The notes: generated by a model from the letters alone, not told the origin. Shown: positions 40,887 through 55,200, numbered from the stretch's first letter. The stretch is DNA of 64,000 nucleotides from Vicugna vicugna (GCA_013265495.1 MU060667.1:3856366-3920365), one strand, 5' to 3'. Numbers and translations: made by a program.

Positions 40887-42672
40887 TTTTTTCTTTTTTC
40901 CATACCCAAAAAGAACACTATATTACATTGCTAGACCATTAGAATGTAGGACAGAAATTGAAGACATTTTTACATTTTCTCTTCCTTTCTAGATATTCCA
41001 TCGAGTTATTTCTTCTCCGCTAGAGAAGGCTAGGCTGACTTTCAAACTTGCTGGATCCAAGGTAAAAAGTATAGGTTTTTCCAGAAAATGTGTTTCTGAG
41101 AAAGAAATGGAGTGTAAATACAGCTCTGTAAACCTCATATGGCATGCCTGGCATGAACTCTTCATCTAAAGAAAGTCTGAGGTAGTCTTCCATAAACGCA
41201 TTTACCAATTATGTTTATGCTTGGATTTATGTTTGAAGAGATTTTTATAAAAATAGTGCACACCTGTGTTTGGTTGGCTGTGAAATAAACATTCTTACAA
41301 AGGAGTGACGATTATCTGGGGGATTCAAAACTGAATGAGAATATAAATCTTCCTCCTGCTTCCCAGTATTATAATTTTGGCCTTTGAGGCATGTCTTTTT
41401 TTGCCACTATTCGTAGATCTGAAGTGTAAGCTGCTTTGCAAATAAGGTTTTGTGGCTAATTTTTAACAAAAAACCCAGACCATATCTGTTGAATTCCTCT
41501 AGGTGAAAAAACTTTTGGCGGTTTCCCATTTCCACTGTGATAAAATCAACATGTATGGAAGGATTTTATTTATCCAGGAAAAGTGATATGATCAGACATT
41601 TGTTTTATTTGACATTGCATCATCAGCATCTTTACAAATTACTAAAGCCATCAAATTTCAATATTCAGATCTCAAGTTATGTGTTGTTGCCTCAGTAAAA
41701 ATTTTCCTTAACCGCATTCCAGGTCATGAAGCCAGCATATACTGTCCTGATGCTATATATTTTCCTTTATAACACATCATGCTATTTGTAATTATACATT
41801 TTGAAAATCATTTTCTTAATATCCTGATTAATTTAGTTTAACGAAGGCAAAGATTCTAATGGTGCCCACCACTGAATCTCTCAAGGCTTAGCCTGGACTA
41901 GTTTGAGTTGTAACAAATGCTTAAATAATATAATTTTTAAAATGACATCCTAATGTGTCTGTGAATATGGAAAGAAATGTGCCCCAAAGTTAACATTAGA
42001 CATTCCATGCAATGTGATTATAAGTTACGTGATATATACTCTCCATAATTATCTGTATTTTGCATGTTTTCTACATACCCATTATGTCAATTTTATAATA
42101 TTTTCAAAAGCAAATGAATCAAATATAAACATCCCTATCAATGATTCAGCACCACACAGACAAAATGCAAATGAAAACTCCTTGTTTTCCACAGCAGCTT
42201 CTGCTTGTGTTATTGTTAAGTTGCAATTCCAGTCCTTTGGCAAGTGGCCCATCTATGATTTGATATTTTAGAATCATACTTTGTTTCTTCTCTTGAAAAC
42301 AAGAAAGCTGTCATTTGCCTTCTGGACTGATGGCTTGATTCTAGTTATCTCATGTAAACCACATCAATCCACTCATACTGGCTTAGTTAGGACCTCTCAT
42401 GGAATGATCCAGCTGGGTGCTAGAGACATAAAAGTGAGAAGACTTTTTTTTTTTTTTGCCGTAGATAAGTGCTTAGAATAGAAGTTATGGTTTTAAGAAT
42501 TACATGGGAGTTATTGCTAATAGAGGATAACATCTGATGCAATTTGAAGCTTGAGGCAAAAGTTGTAAGCTGTTCTAGTGAGTGCACAAAGTGTGGGATT
42601 AGTCTGATCACCTTTCAGAAGAGCTTAAATCGAGCAGAGGAAGAGGAAGGATTCATCAAGGACAAAGCGAGT

Positions 42673-42810
42673 GGGGAGGGTAGAGCACATGCGTAGCACA
42701 CACGAGGTCCTGGGTTCGATCCCCAGTACATGCTCTATAAGTAAATAAATAAATAAACCTAATTACCTACTCCCCCACCAAAAAAACAAAAACAAACAAA
42801 CAAAAAAACA
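42673..42810 (+). mobile_element. Camelid-type SINE with A-box deletion
   Basis: GGGGAGGGTA^GAGCAC...GGTCCTGGGTTCGATCCCCAGTAC...AAACCTAATTACC; degenerate TSD ACAAAGCGAGT/ATAAAGGGAGT. Confidence 0.9.
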
Positions 42811-43722
42811 CGAATAAAGGGAGTAGAGAATAGATTCTTAGCAAAGGGAGCAGCACATACAGTAAAGTAGAAACATTAAAGTGCCTGCTGTCTTCAGGGA
42901 GTAATAACAGGAAGGGTATGGCCGGTCCACATGGTACCCAGGGGATGTGTCAGCAGACAGGCCTTGGGAAGAGAGTTGGGAGCCAGATAATGAAGTAAAT
43001 CTGTTTTGCTAAGTTACCAGCCAGCTCCAAACATAGGAAATTTTACTCCGGCAGAAAGCAGAATGCATTCCGAATATTGAAACTGTGCATTTCTCTAGGT
43101 TGTTACCTCAAGAACATAATATAATCATACAGCTATCAGAAGGACTATCACGCCTTCTAGTCCATTATTCTCTCTCCGTAAGAGTCAGTAATTTCAATTT
43201 ACAAGTTAAAATTCACTAGTAAAAATGCTTTGATAGGACTGACGGGATGAACTGGTATCTTCCACATCATTCCTTGTGGAATTTTAAAATCCCTCTTTTG
43301 ATAATAATGTCGTATTGTAATGTAAGTACCTGTTAAACTGTTTTGCCCCTCAAAAAACAAATTCTTATGTTGACCAAATGAAAACTTCTACTAAGAAACT
43401 TCAGTTATCATGAGATAATGTTTGACTATTTATTTTCAGTGTTGAGTATTTTTTTATTAGAGATACTTCGGAATCAGACAGACAGTGGTTTTAGATTCAC
43501 CATGGTTTAAATTCCCCATCTATTTTTGGCTGTGAAATGTCCATTATTGTGACTTTCTCTCAACTTCTATTTCCAGGAGTCAAGTAATAATAACGTCTGC
43601 CTTCCTATATTGCTAACCCCTTCAAGAGATATATATACGTCATTAACCTCACCCTCTCAATCAGCCCTTACTCACATCTTACCTAGAAAGAGTTGAAGTG
43701 TAGTCTGTGTCTTTGGAAGTGA

Positions 43723-44310
43723 TGTTGCCAAAATATTGGCCCCATCCCTGACAAGCCAAACTGAAACCCGGAGACAACGTCTTGGAGCTTAGAAGAAAAG
43801 AGGCAGCTTTATTACTTTGCCGGGCAAAGGGGACTCACAGCAGGCTGGTGCCTTCCAAACTGTGAACCCACCTTGGGGGTGGGGTGGGGCAGGTATATAG
43901 CCATCCTCAAACAGCAAAGCATCAATAACCATCAGCAGAATCATTTTCTCATCAGAAGACTTAGAGTGGCATCATGACACCTCCAGGTAACCAATTCTAA
44001 TAGAGGCTAGGGGTTGTCACTTTTTCGATCTCTTTATCTCATAGGCATCCAAGGTGTGGTCTCCTTGGTATTTAGCCCATTTTGTAAGGTTACAGTTCTG
44101 TGACCTTCTCCCTGAAGAATAACTGAGAAACCAAATATGATTATTACTTTCAATTACTGGAATAAAGCAGAAACAGTAAAATTAATAGCTTTAGTTTTAA
44201 CAACGGACCTGTGAATAGCCACTGATCAGCCAGGTCAGTTGACCATTTTAAGGGCATAAGAATGAGCAATCTGTTAGTCTAAATGTGGCCATTTTATTAA
44301 TCCTCCTTCA
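43723..44310 (-). mobile_element. ERV1 solo LTR with perfect TSD
   Basis: GTGA-TG...CA-GTGA; reverse AATAAA ~43808. Confidence 0.92.
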
Positions 44311-45207
44311 GTGAGAAGCCTATGGATACATCAGAAACTGATTATACCCGAGTTACCATCATGCACTCCATCTGTGTTTCTTCTCAGACTTGTATATGTC
44401 CAGAATATTTTAAGGGAGAAAAAAATTATTACCTTAAATTGTTTTTAATCTTAATATGACTGGGTATATAAGTGCAAAATCCATGTTATAATCTCTACAG
44501 CTGTTATGCAACTAGGAAAATCTGCAAATATGAATATAAACCCTTAAGTTTAAATTGCTGAGAATGATTTAATATAACACATGCTGATTTTGCTGAAATG
44601 AAACTGCTGACAAATTAGAGCTCAGTAATATTTTATGAATGTGCACATGGACACCAACAGAGTTCTGACTGATGATAGTCAGATTGTAGGGTGTTTGGCA
44701 TTTTAGTACATTTGCTGGTCGCCAGGTAATGGTTCAGTGCTCCCACGATTTTCTTCTGTTTGATCTATGGTTTCTTCATTGATGCTGTTCCCAGATATTA
44801 TTTGTCCTTCAATTAGCTTAAGTGGGTCGTTTTACAGTAAGTCTGCCTCTGTGTGTTTTTATTAGTCTGTGATGAAGTAAAACCTTTATGCATCAATAAA
44901 ATCTGCAATATAAGTATAAATGTTGATCCTGAAATTTCCTGGCAGTAACTATCAGTATAGTTATTAGACTAATGATTACACTGTGCTTTCATTATTCTAG
45001 AGACAATTTAAAATATAGAGGTTTTAAGGATACTAGAAAATACTTCTGCTAGCCATGAAGATTCTGGGGAAATCCAATATAAAAATATAATTCTTTAAAT
45101 AAGTAAGGTACCATGATGCTTAGTAATAGAAGTTCTTTTCAATACTTGATCACTTCAGATAGTACTATGTTCTTAATAGCATCTTCATAAATTAAAAAAA
45201 ATGTTGT

Positions 45208-45371
45208 ATACTTCCCTGGCAGGGGAGATACCATGATCACAAAGGTGGCTTTCCCAGGGCGAAGCTCATACATCGCACTCTGGATGTGCTGACCCCTGAG
45301 ATTTCCCCAAATGTCGGAAACTCCACTGCATAATTTGTGAGACTGAGGGACAGTGTTTGCATTTTCCTCTG
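45208..45371 (+). pseudogene. RNU1: U1 snRNA processed pseudogene (full length, 164 nt)
   Basis: ATACTTCCCTGGCAGGGGAGATACCATGATCAC...GGATGTGCTGACCCCTG...ATTTCCCCAAATGT...CTGCATAATTTGTG...TTTCCTCTG matches U1 end to end with scattered substitutions. A-rich tail follows; A-rich insertion site. Confidence 0.95.
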
Positions 45372-46349
45372 GAAAAAAAAATTAAAATAAAAAAATTTAT
45401 TCTTGTTGGAAAACTGAGATTACCTTTTAAACAACATGCACAGAATGTTTTGGATTTATTTTTCTAACAAGTCTCCGTTCCATTTTTTGTACTGTGATAA
45501 ATCCTTACCATGATTTTATGCCACATCTTATAGCCTTCAAAAAACAGCCCATGAAAAGAATTAGTTTTGAACTGATAATTCAAAGAAATTTTTTTTTGTT
45601 ATTATAAAGCTTAAAATTTACTGAATGTAGAGAATTCTACTTGCTAGCTTACAAAGGCATTTGATCTGATTTTAATTCTCATAATAATCGAACGTAAACG
45701 TCATTATTCTTGTTTTGCATGCGTAGAAACTGAGGTTAAAAGAGTCAAAGTAACTCACTAAAGTTCCACAGGGAAAAGAAAAACATAATGAAGAATTCCA
45801 AACCAGGCCAATGTGACTCCCAAACCCCTGTTCCTCCCATTGCAGCAATGGGTGTCTAATTTTTCATGATTATTTTAGTGTATATTTTAATTAAAACGAT
45901 GAAAATATGAAACTAAAAATGCAGAAGAAGAGCCATGCTCACAAAACCTAAATAAGGTGATTTTAGCACTCCAAGGAATCTCACAAAATACTATCATCGT
46001 TTCTCAGGGGCAAAAATAAAACTCGTATTTTTGGTTAGTTTTACATTGATATTTCTAAACATAGAAACAGATGTGCAAGAGTCCTTAGGAAGAATAAACT
46101 CTATAAACACTGATAATTACCTCTGCTTTGCTAGATTAAAATACACCTTTGGCGCCTTGGCAGAGCCAAGTTTACAGAATGGGAATGCCCAAATTGAGGA
46201 TGAATTATTTTTTTGTTCTTTTCATACATAGAGATATTTATTTTTCCTAAATTAAACACGAAAACATTAGATCATTTGTCTGCCAGTATAAATCTTGCTA
46301 AAGAAGTATATTCGGGTCAGAAATGTGCTGGAATAGGAAGTCTCAAGAG

Positions 46350-49300
46350 TCATTCCCTCATAGAGACACCAACTTACAACATTATAGGAACCAAAATATC
46401 TCCACGAGAATTGTAGAAATCATCTAAGAAGCTGCGGGACCCCATGTGTGGGCAAAACCAAGAACAGACACTTTGAAACCTGTCGGAAGAGTCATCTCAC
46501 TGGAGCCTCAATCACGCCACCCCCGCCCTGACAAAGATCGACCCGCCTGGGAGAAGCCGGGCTCATGGCCTCTCCCCTGGGAGAGGAGGAGTAGAATGGA
46601 CTCCTGTGCAATGCTCTAGTTTTCTGAAGAGCTGCCTGAGGGACTGACTTTTGTCTGCCTCGCTTGGAGCACTGATGAAACCAGCAGAGTTTGGATGCCT
46701 GGGGGCCACGAGAGTGGCGGCCGCTTGGGGTGGTACCAGAGGACCTGCAGTTCACAGAGGATGGGTGTGGCTTAGTGTGATTGGGAGAAAGATCCCAACT
46801 CGTGGCTTCTCGTTGGGCGGGAAAGGAAAAGAGTAGAGCAGGCACCTGGGATTCTGGTTTTTCCGGGGCTGCCCAAGGGACTTATTTTTGTCCTAGCTGA
46901 CTCAGAGTGCTAATAGGGAGCAGCGGGTGTACTTTGGATGCCTGGAACTTTGAGAAAAAACGAGCGTGGAAAGGTATGCTGCTCTAGCACCACGGAATCT
47001 GCTGTATCACAGACAGACACCAGAGGGAGCAAGAGATCATGAACTCCTGAGAAAGAAACCAGGAAACCTCTCTGGGAAATTACACTCATAAACCAAGAGA
47101 ACTGTCAGACCCCAAAAGATGTTTCAAAGTCTCCCTGAATCTCTAGCTAAGCTGATTACTAAGTATTGCCCTGTTCAAAGGTAGTTTGCAAAGACTGAGA
47201 ATGATGGTGATTTTTCTCACATGCATATAACTCGGTAAAAATGTAAAGGAACAGGGACATATGACCAAATCAAAGGAATAAAACAAATCTTTAGAAATCA
47301 ACCACCCAAAACAGATATCTATGAATTTACCCCCATCCAAATTCAAAACCATTGTCAAAGAAGCTCCATGAGCTGCCAAAAAAATTCAGACAGTCAATTA
47401 AACAAAATCAAGAAAATGATGCACAAACAAAAGGAGAATATCAATAGAGAGAAAAACTATTTTAAAAAAACACAAACAGAAATTCTGGTGCTGAAGAATA
47501 TAATGATGGAATTGAACGATTTACTAAAGGAGTACAAAAGACCACATTACCAAATGGGAAAAAAAAAAAACAAAACAGAACTCAAGGACAGGTTATTTGA
47601 AATTATTGAATCAGAGGAGTAAAAAGAAAAAAGAATGAAGAAAAGTGAAAAAGCCTTAGAGACTCATGCCGTACCATAAAGCGGACCAGTATATGCATTA
47701 TGAAAGTCTCAGAAGGAGAAGATGGAAGGAAAGGAATGGGAGCTTATTTGAAGAAATAAGGTTAAAAACATTCAAATCTGAGAAAGAAAATGGACATCTA
47801 AATTCATGAAGCTCTGAGGACTCCAAGTAGGGTGAGCCCACAGAGGACCCAGAATAGCCAAAACCATCTTATGAAAGAAGAACAAAGTTAGAGGCCTCGT
47901 ACTTCCAGTTTCCAAAACATATTATAAAACTACAGTAAACAAAACAGTATAATCATAGCATAAAGTTATAGAGACCAATGCAACAGAATAAAAGTTCAGA
48001 ATCAACATTCAACTATATGGTTAAATGATTTTCGACCAAAGTACCAAGACCACACAAGGGGGAATGGACAGTCTCCTCAGTAAATAGCGTTGGGGAAACT
48101 GGATATTCACATGCAAAAAAAAATGAACAGGGGGACCCTTAACTCACTTCATTTATAAAAAACTAACCCAAAATGGATTAAAGGCCTAATTGTAACACCT
48201 GAAATTGTAAAACTCCCATAAGAATACAGGGGGAACCTTCATGAGATTGGAATGGACAGTGCTTTCTTGGGTATGATACCAAAAATATCAGCAACAAGAG
48301 CAAAAATAGATACACAGATCTACATCGAACTTAAACACTCTGTGAAGCAGAGGAAATAAATCAACAGAGTAAAAAGGCAACCTATGGAGTGAAATATTTG
48401 CAAACTATTCATTGGCTAAGAGGTTAATATTCAGAGTATATAAATATGAAAAATAAAACTAAAAACCAATGGATATTTCTCAGAAAAAAGGATATACAAA
48501 CGTCCAACAAGCATATGAAAAGATGCTCAACATCACTAATCATCATAAAAATGTAAACCAACACAACCATAAGATACAGCCTCACATCCATTAGGCTGGC
48601 CACTATAAAAGTAATAATAATAATAACAACAATAATAATAATAAATGTGGCAGGGATGAGGAGAAATTGAATCCCTTGTGTAGCATTGATGAGATTGTAA
48701 AATAGCGCATCCATTATGGTAAACTGGAGGTTCGTCAAAAAATATAAAGTAGGACTATTATATGATGCAACAGTCTCACTTCTGGGTGTATATTCAAAAG
48801 AATTGAGAACAGGATTCTATTCAAAGAGATATTTGTACGCACATGTTTATTGCAGCATCATTCACCATAGACAAAACATGGAATCAGCCTAAATGTCCAT
48901 TCACAGATGAATGGATAAAGAAAAAGTAGTGTATACATATGACAGAATATCATTCAGCCTTTAAAAAAGAGGAAATTCTGGCCTATGTTACAACATGGCT
49001 GAAATTGAGGTCATTATGCTAAGTGAAATAAGCCAATTGCAAAATACCAATGCTTAATGATTTCACCTATATGATGTATATGATGTAATCAAACCCATAA
49101 AAATAGAAAATAGAATGATGGTTGGCAGGGGTTGGGTGGAGCAGGAAGGAGAAGTTGTTCAGAGTAGAGAGCTTTAATCATGCAAGATGAAACAGTTTTA
49201 GAGATCTGTTTTACAGCAATGTGCATGTATCTAACAATACTGTGTAGTACACTAAAATAGTTCAGAAGATAAATTTGTTACATGTTTTCTTAACCCCATA
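46350..49300 (+). mobile_element. Internally deleted L1 (L1MA8/9-like 3' end): 5'UTR, partial ORF1, late ORF2, 3'UTR
   Basis: GC-richer 5'UTR 46.4-47.1 kb; degenerate ORF1 (QLNKIKKMMHKQKENINRE...QTEILVLKN...ELKDRLFEIIESEE); jump at ~47845 to late ORF2 (CCCAGAATAGCCAAAACCATCTT); 3'UTR ending GAGATCTG...TAACAATACTGT. 5' boundary approximate. Confidence 0.9.
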
Positions 49301-50211
49301 CTACATATATGAGTATATTTGTGCTTACCACCATAAGTCTCAGCATAAGGAAATCATTATAAGATTGACTTTTTATCTAGTTTTTCAATTGGGCAAATTC
49401 TGCTTCCGTTTCCTACATTTAGATTGAATTTCTTCTCTCGGTCAGAACTAAAAATGCTACAGGACTATGAAGAATCTTAAACCATGATAACTTTTAAATT
49501 TTAAAAATTTACGCAATATCATTTTCTTATCTTTTACTTGTGTATTTGTTTTGAAGACCAAGACAGGAATGAAGGTATGTAACCACTATCAACTCAAATT
49601 CTTAATATTAATAAGGAAGAGAAGTCTAACACCGAAATATTCTTATGACACGGGTCTTTCGACTATTATGAAGTTTCCCTAGTCTGTGAAATACATTGAA
49701 CATTTACAATTTCAAACTTGGACTTTGGTTTCATTCCTTCTGGAGGAAAACCGTCTGCTCTGAAATTTTTCTTTACACCTGAGCTCAAACCAGCTTTGTA
49801 TTTTTATTACATCTCCAAGTTCAGGAAAAACACAAAGAGAATTTTTACAAATAGCTTTCTTAGAAACCATCTGGGCCCATGGCTGTTTGGGGATATAGTT
49901 TTTTGAAAAATGTAGACATTTCTTTTACAGGTATTGGCTTATTTAAATTTATACTGCTTCCTCCCTGGTTTTAGTAATATATATCATCCCAGAAGCATAC
50001 AAAGGAATTTTATTTCATATACATTAACACATATTTGCACCTAACATTGTCTTCTTAACAGAAGACATTTTATACATTTTTCTATATTTTGACTTTTGTT
50101 CTTGCAAATTCCAAATAACATTTTATTTATGTATTTGGGGGTTTGTGTTGCTTTGTTTATTCATATTACACGCATGCCTACACTTTGCCATTTATTTTGA
50201 TTAGATGTTTT

Positions 50212-50751
50212 TGATGAGATTCAGAACATGCTGTCCCGAACTATGGCACCTTGGTATGCTGGGTATCTTAAGGTGAAAGGGTTTGAGAAAAGACTGGAAG
50301 CAGGGAGGTCACTCTGACCTCATCCCCTTCACTCTTCTTCCCTGAAATAGGTCATAAAACTTTCATATGAAAGATACCTTCTGTGTACCAGGAGGAGAGA
50401 AGATATTCTTACCACCAGAGATGGAGAATTTGGGGATGAGCAATCTGAGCAAATAAACCTTGTTAAACTAATCCTGATCTCCCTCGTTAGCCTTCACTGC
50501 TTTTTCCTCTTCATCCCAACCACTTTGTCTTGTCAACTTTTCACAAATTTGTTGTTTCTTTGTCTGAATAGTATAAAAAACTCCTAGCTTGGTCTCTTCT
50601 TTGGGTCTTCACTCTCTTTTAAAGTGTTCTATGTAATGTAAAAACTCAATAACATTTTTATGCTTTTCTCTTATTAATCAGTCTTTGTCAGTTTACTTTT
50701 CAGACCCAGCCAGGGACTCAAAGAGGGTCGAGAAAACTTTCTTTTCCTAGA
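50212..50751 (+). mobile_element. MER34/MER39-like solo LTR
   Basis: TCAGAACATGCTGTCCCGAACTATGGCACCTTGG...GGTCACTCTGACCT...TCAGACCCAGCCAGGGACTCAAAGAGGGTCGAGAAAAC. Confidence 0.8.
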
Positions 50752-51664
50752 TGTCCATAAAGCCTTTGCATTTAAAGCAATTTTACCTTTTATGTATTGT
50801 TGCCTTCTATTTCTTTAGCATCCTACTTCATCTTGAGTTAACTTACCTCTCCTGTTTTCCTTAATTTTCATACAGTAAGTTGAATACTGCATTCTTTCCT
50901 ATTGAATATTTTATAGCTTTGAATTTTACTCCAAGTATAGTTTTAGACCCACCTTATGGTTTAATATGTAATGCTGATTTTTTAAATGTGTTCTAACAAA
51001 GATAAGTCAGATTTTTGGCCCATTGCAGCTAGGGTAAGTTTTTGTAATTATCTTACTTTGACATTAATATTTGTTATGATTTTTATAGTTTTATTTGTAT
51101 TGTATAATTTCTGTCTTTTCAAGTTTAAGAACCTTTTATATCTTTATCATACCAACAGGCAGAAATGAGGATCACATAAATATTTTCCCTTGCACACATT
51201 TCAATAAATGCTACCACATTTCTTTCCCAGACCTCTTGTCAAGAGCAGTTGCTCCGTAAAATGTATTTATTTGTTAGTCTGCTTATCTTAATAAGTGAGT
51301 TTGATGAGATAGAGATGACCCAGTAGTTGGGAAAGGTTAGAGATACTGGAGCAAGGAATATTTAGGGGAACAAGATCACTGAAGAGGTAGGAAGGTAGGT
51401 AAATCAGAGCCCAGGAAGAGGACTTGAGGAGGGCTAGGATATTTCTCACTGTGAAAAAGGAAAACAGCACACAATGGCAGTGGAAACAGTTATTTGTCAT
51501 TTTTTGTGTGTGTGGTGGGAAATTGTCAGGGTTTCTGAGTAATGTTTCCTGGTTTTACAGAGAATTGAAATTAAACTCCAGATTTAAGGTATACATCTGT
51601 GGAATTTTGTTACAGGATCTGTTAAGTCCAAATTCCTTATGGTAGTTTGACAAGTCCATAATTT

Positions 51665-51814
51665 AAAAAAAATTTTGTGTGTGTGTTTTGTTTTGTTGGT
51701 GAGGGGAGGTAATTAGGTTTATTGGTTTATTTTTAATGGAGGTACTGGGGATTGAACCCAGGATCTCCTGCATGCTAAGCACACATTTTTACCATGGAGC
51801 TATACCCTCCCCCC
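51665..51814 (-). mobile_element. Camelid-type SINE
   Basis: Reverse SINE body; 18-bp TSD TTGACAAGTCC(A/C)TAATTT at 51647 and 51815. Confidence 0.95.
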
Positions 51815-52030
51815 TTGACAAGTCCCTAATTTTTACTCATCCTTCCTATTCTTTCTCTCATTAGGTAATCAATTACACACGTTCTCAACCACATGAACAC
51901 ATCTTCTTTGAACACGTCTTGCTTCTGCATGAAACACTTCCTCATATTCTTCATAACTCTTATCGACTCTTCAAAACTCAACCCAATGACTGCCTATTAA
52001 AGAAAATGTTTCTCATACTCCTGAAAAAGG

Positions 52031-52246
52031 TTATTTTTTCTAACTGAAGTCTAGTCAGTTTACAATGTTGTGTCAATTTCTGGTGTATAGCGTAACATTT
52101 CAGTCATACATATACATACATATATTCCTTTTCATATTCTTTTTTATTATAGGTTACTACAAGATATTGAATATAATTCCCTGTGCTGTACAGTAGAAAC
52201 TTGTTGTTTATCTATTTTATATACAGTTGTTAATACCTGCAAATCT
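52031..52246 (-). mobile_element. L1 3' end fragment
   Basis: TTTACAATGTTGTGTCAATTTCTGGTGTATAGC...TTATAGGTTACTACAAGATATTGAATATAATTCCCTGTGCTGTACAGTAG, the reverse of the 3' end seen at 55.9 kb. Confidence 0.9.
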
Positions 52247-55200
52247 GGGAAAATTTTTATTTTGTCATAGCTCTATATTTTAATAACACGCTGGATTTTC
52301 ATATATTGTGGCATTTTTAGGTTTCATTTGTTTATTTCCTTTTCTGGTTATTCTATTAGGCACAAACTCTTCAAGTCCTAGTCTATGAATTTGAATCCCT
52401 CGGGCCAATTATGTAGTCCATTAATATTTGTTGAATAAATGAACAGATCAATTATTTTGCACTTGGGATTAGGTTAGCATGTAGCTAGCACACCTCAATA
52501 AAGGTATAAGGAGCAAAATGAAGGAGCAGAATTAACATGCATATAGACTAAAAATGTTATCACCCTTAGATGAATAATTATAAAAATTTAAATCTGATTG
52601 GGTGAAAGCTATTGTTTCGTGAAACAGTGAATGTGAACCTAAACTTGTTAATCAAATCCCAGGACACTGAAATATCAATCTAATTTCTGCTCCCACCAAT
52701 CTCCATCAACACCCTTACACACACTTCAGAAGCATGAAGGAGACGCTTTTAGGACAGATAAAATTGTCAGTGAGTTTACAGAACGAAATATCCCAAGAGT
52801 TTTACAGGAAAGATGTGTATGTAGTTTTAATAAAAGGTTGTAAAAAGCTATGACTTTACCGTGGTGCTATAAACAATATTGTGACAGTGATTGTTAACAG
52901 TAATTTACAAGTGCAATCATAAAAAAGAGTGATTATAGAATAATTGTAAAGATAACTACTTTAATAATTAAGAACAATAGCACAAAGTTCACAAAATGAC
53001 AGTTTACAGAGAGTGTCTGTAAACCTAAATTGCACAGGTATGAAGATAAAATGGAGAGAAAAAAAATGGGAGTTGGAATTTCATAGATCTCATCATTTTC
53101 TCCAGCCCCAGTACTTGCAAAATTGTTCAATGCATTTTTCCAGGATGAAATGTTCTTTGCTTTGAAGGACTATTAATAACATGATACATTACATAAATTA
53201 CTTTCTCTAAGAAGATTACACTGAGTCAAGTTCTTATATATTGGCTAAGAGCTTTAGTAAACAGAACTTTCAGGGGAATTCCGTCAAAATATCAATGAAA
53301 ATAAAATTAGCCTATCACTTCATTATCACCAGAGCTTGCTGCTCTGAATGATGTACAGTAATTATAACCAAGCCAATGGAAAAGGGATTTTGAACAATTA
53401 CATTCATTGCCATGTCTCACCCCTCTTCACAGTGTCTGGCTCATATCAGCACTCCATAAGTACAAAGTTGTGCTGCAAATGAGGAAATATTCAATAATGA
53501 AAAGTAAGTTATGTTGAAGTTGAGAATTCGGGCTAAGTACGAGTTAGTCACATATATAGCAGATAATGTTCTAACCAGAGAAATTATATGTACCAAGATT
53601 TTGGAGGCAAGAAAACGCTTAGGAAGTTCATGTAATTAAATGAAACTGTTTATAGCTAGACTAGAGACACCAGGAGCATCAGCCTAGAAAGGTAGTCTAG
53701 GGTCATATCCTTAGAGGGTCTTTTGGACCACAGTAAGGATTTTGTGTTTTACCCTCTGAGCTTGGGAATCTTTCCAAGTATTTTGAACAAGAAAATTCAT
53801 TATGCTTCGTTCTAAGAAGGGACTGCTCAAGGTATCATTTCGAAATTAAACAATTACACTCCAAGGTTAAAAGTACTTTTTGATGCCAAATGTTATCATC
53901 ATCAATGCATTCATTTCAGTTGATGTGTAATTTTTATTTAATGTAAAATAAATTGAAGACATCAAGCCATGCACATGGGCTTCTGGAATGTGTATCTCTG
54001 ATATTTGTGGGTCATAGTTGGAATTCAAATTTAGAATCTCTCCTCTGGAATTTTAATAATTGCAAAGTTTGCCATAAGCTTAGTGAGATGTTTTATTAGT
54101 GTCACCTAAATGAATATGAAACATAAAACTGGATATTAATTAAACAGCTACTGAAACCCTTTGTGTAGTGAGCACTGGGAATTGAAGAGTTTTGTTTTTT
54201 TCCCCCCTATTGTGAGTCTAGTCTTAGGGTTATTGTCTTCTATTTGAGAGCTAGTTAAGGGGGTGTTTCTGTTCGTTTTTAAGAGACAATACAAGTACCT
54301 ATTTTTAAACAGAATCACACCAAAATTAAACAAAGGAGGTTTCTTGCTATAATCACAGCTTTTAGCAAATGATTACAAGTATTCATCATTTATTCTTGCT
54401 ATAAAAAGATATCAAAATGCTAAGAATATATATTGAGCAGTGTATCTAATTTGGGTCTAGCATTGAAAGGTCTCAGTAGCTGCCAATCCCTCTTAATTCA
54501 AATTGCATCATTTCCTTGCACACCTCTTCCTGAAGCAGAGTTGATGAGGGCACAGGCTTCAAAATCAAGCTGACCTGGATTTACAACTTGGCACAGCCGT
54601 TTTTAGGGCCTGTGTACCTTCAAGGATGCTACTTAATTTCAGAGTCCCAGGTTTCTCATCCGAAAAATAGAAATATTTTAATCACAGGCTTGTTATGACT
54701 CTTAATAATGAAAACTTTTCTATATTGCTTAATATATAATTCACCTTTCATATAGAACACCTTAATAAATAGTCACTATCATGAGAAATACGGAATTGCA
54801 TAATCTTCTTTTCATATCTTTGGATAATTCAGCCTCTATTTGTAGACACTGAGTGTTTTTATCACATTTTCTTTCTGTTTATATTTATACTTTCTGTGGG
54901 TATGATTTCTATGTGTAAGCACCTTGCTTCTTACTGAGATGACGAATTACCTGGTCTTTCCAGGAAAGGGTTTCTCTCACTCAACAATAAGAAGAAAGTA
55001 ATTATTAATTAATTAATAATTATTAATAATAATTAATAATAAATATCATTATTTCTAATGATAAGAATTACAGTTTACAGAATGTTCATAAATATAAAGA
55101 ATACAAGAAAAAAAGAGGAAATATAAGGGTAAGTTATAACATATATCTGTCTTTTTATCTCATTTTTTAATCTTAAATATAAATTTATCTGTAATTAGAA

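Noticed and set aside
28414..44310. LTR pair 28414/43723 as a 16-kb provirus
   Set aside because: Separate TSDs (ATCT/ATCC and GTGA/GTGA) and ordinary genomic sequence between them.
46492..46845. 117-aa minus-strand ORF
   Set aside because: Antisense to a decayed L1 5'UTR; expected by chance in GC-richer sequence.
54998..55045. AT-only palindromic tract
   Set aside because: Low-complexity (AAT/ATT)n self-complementarity; common and uninformative.
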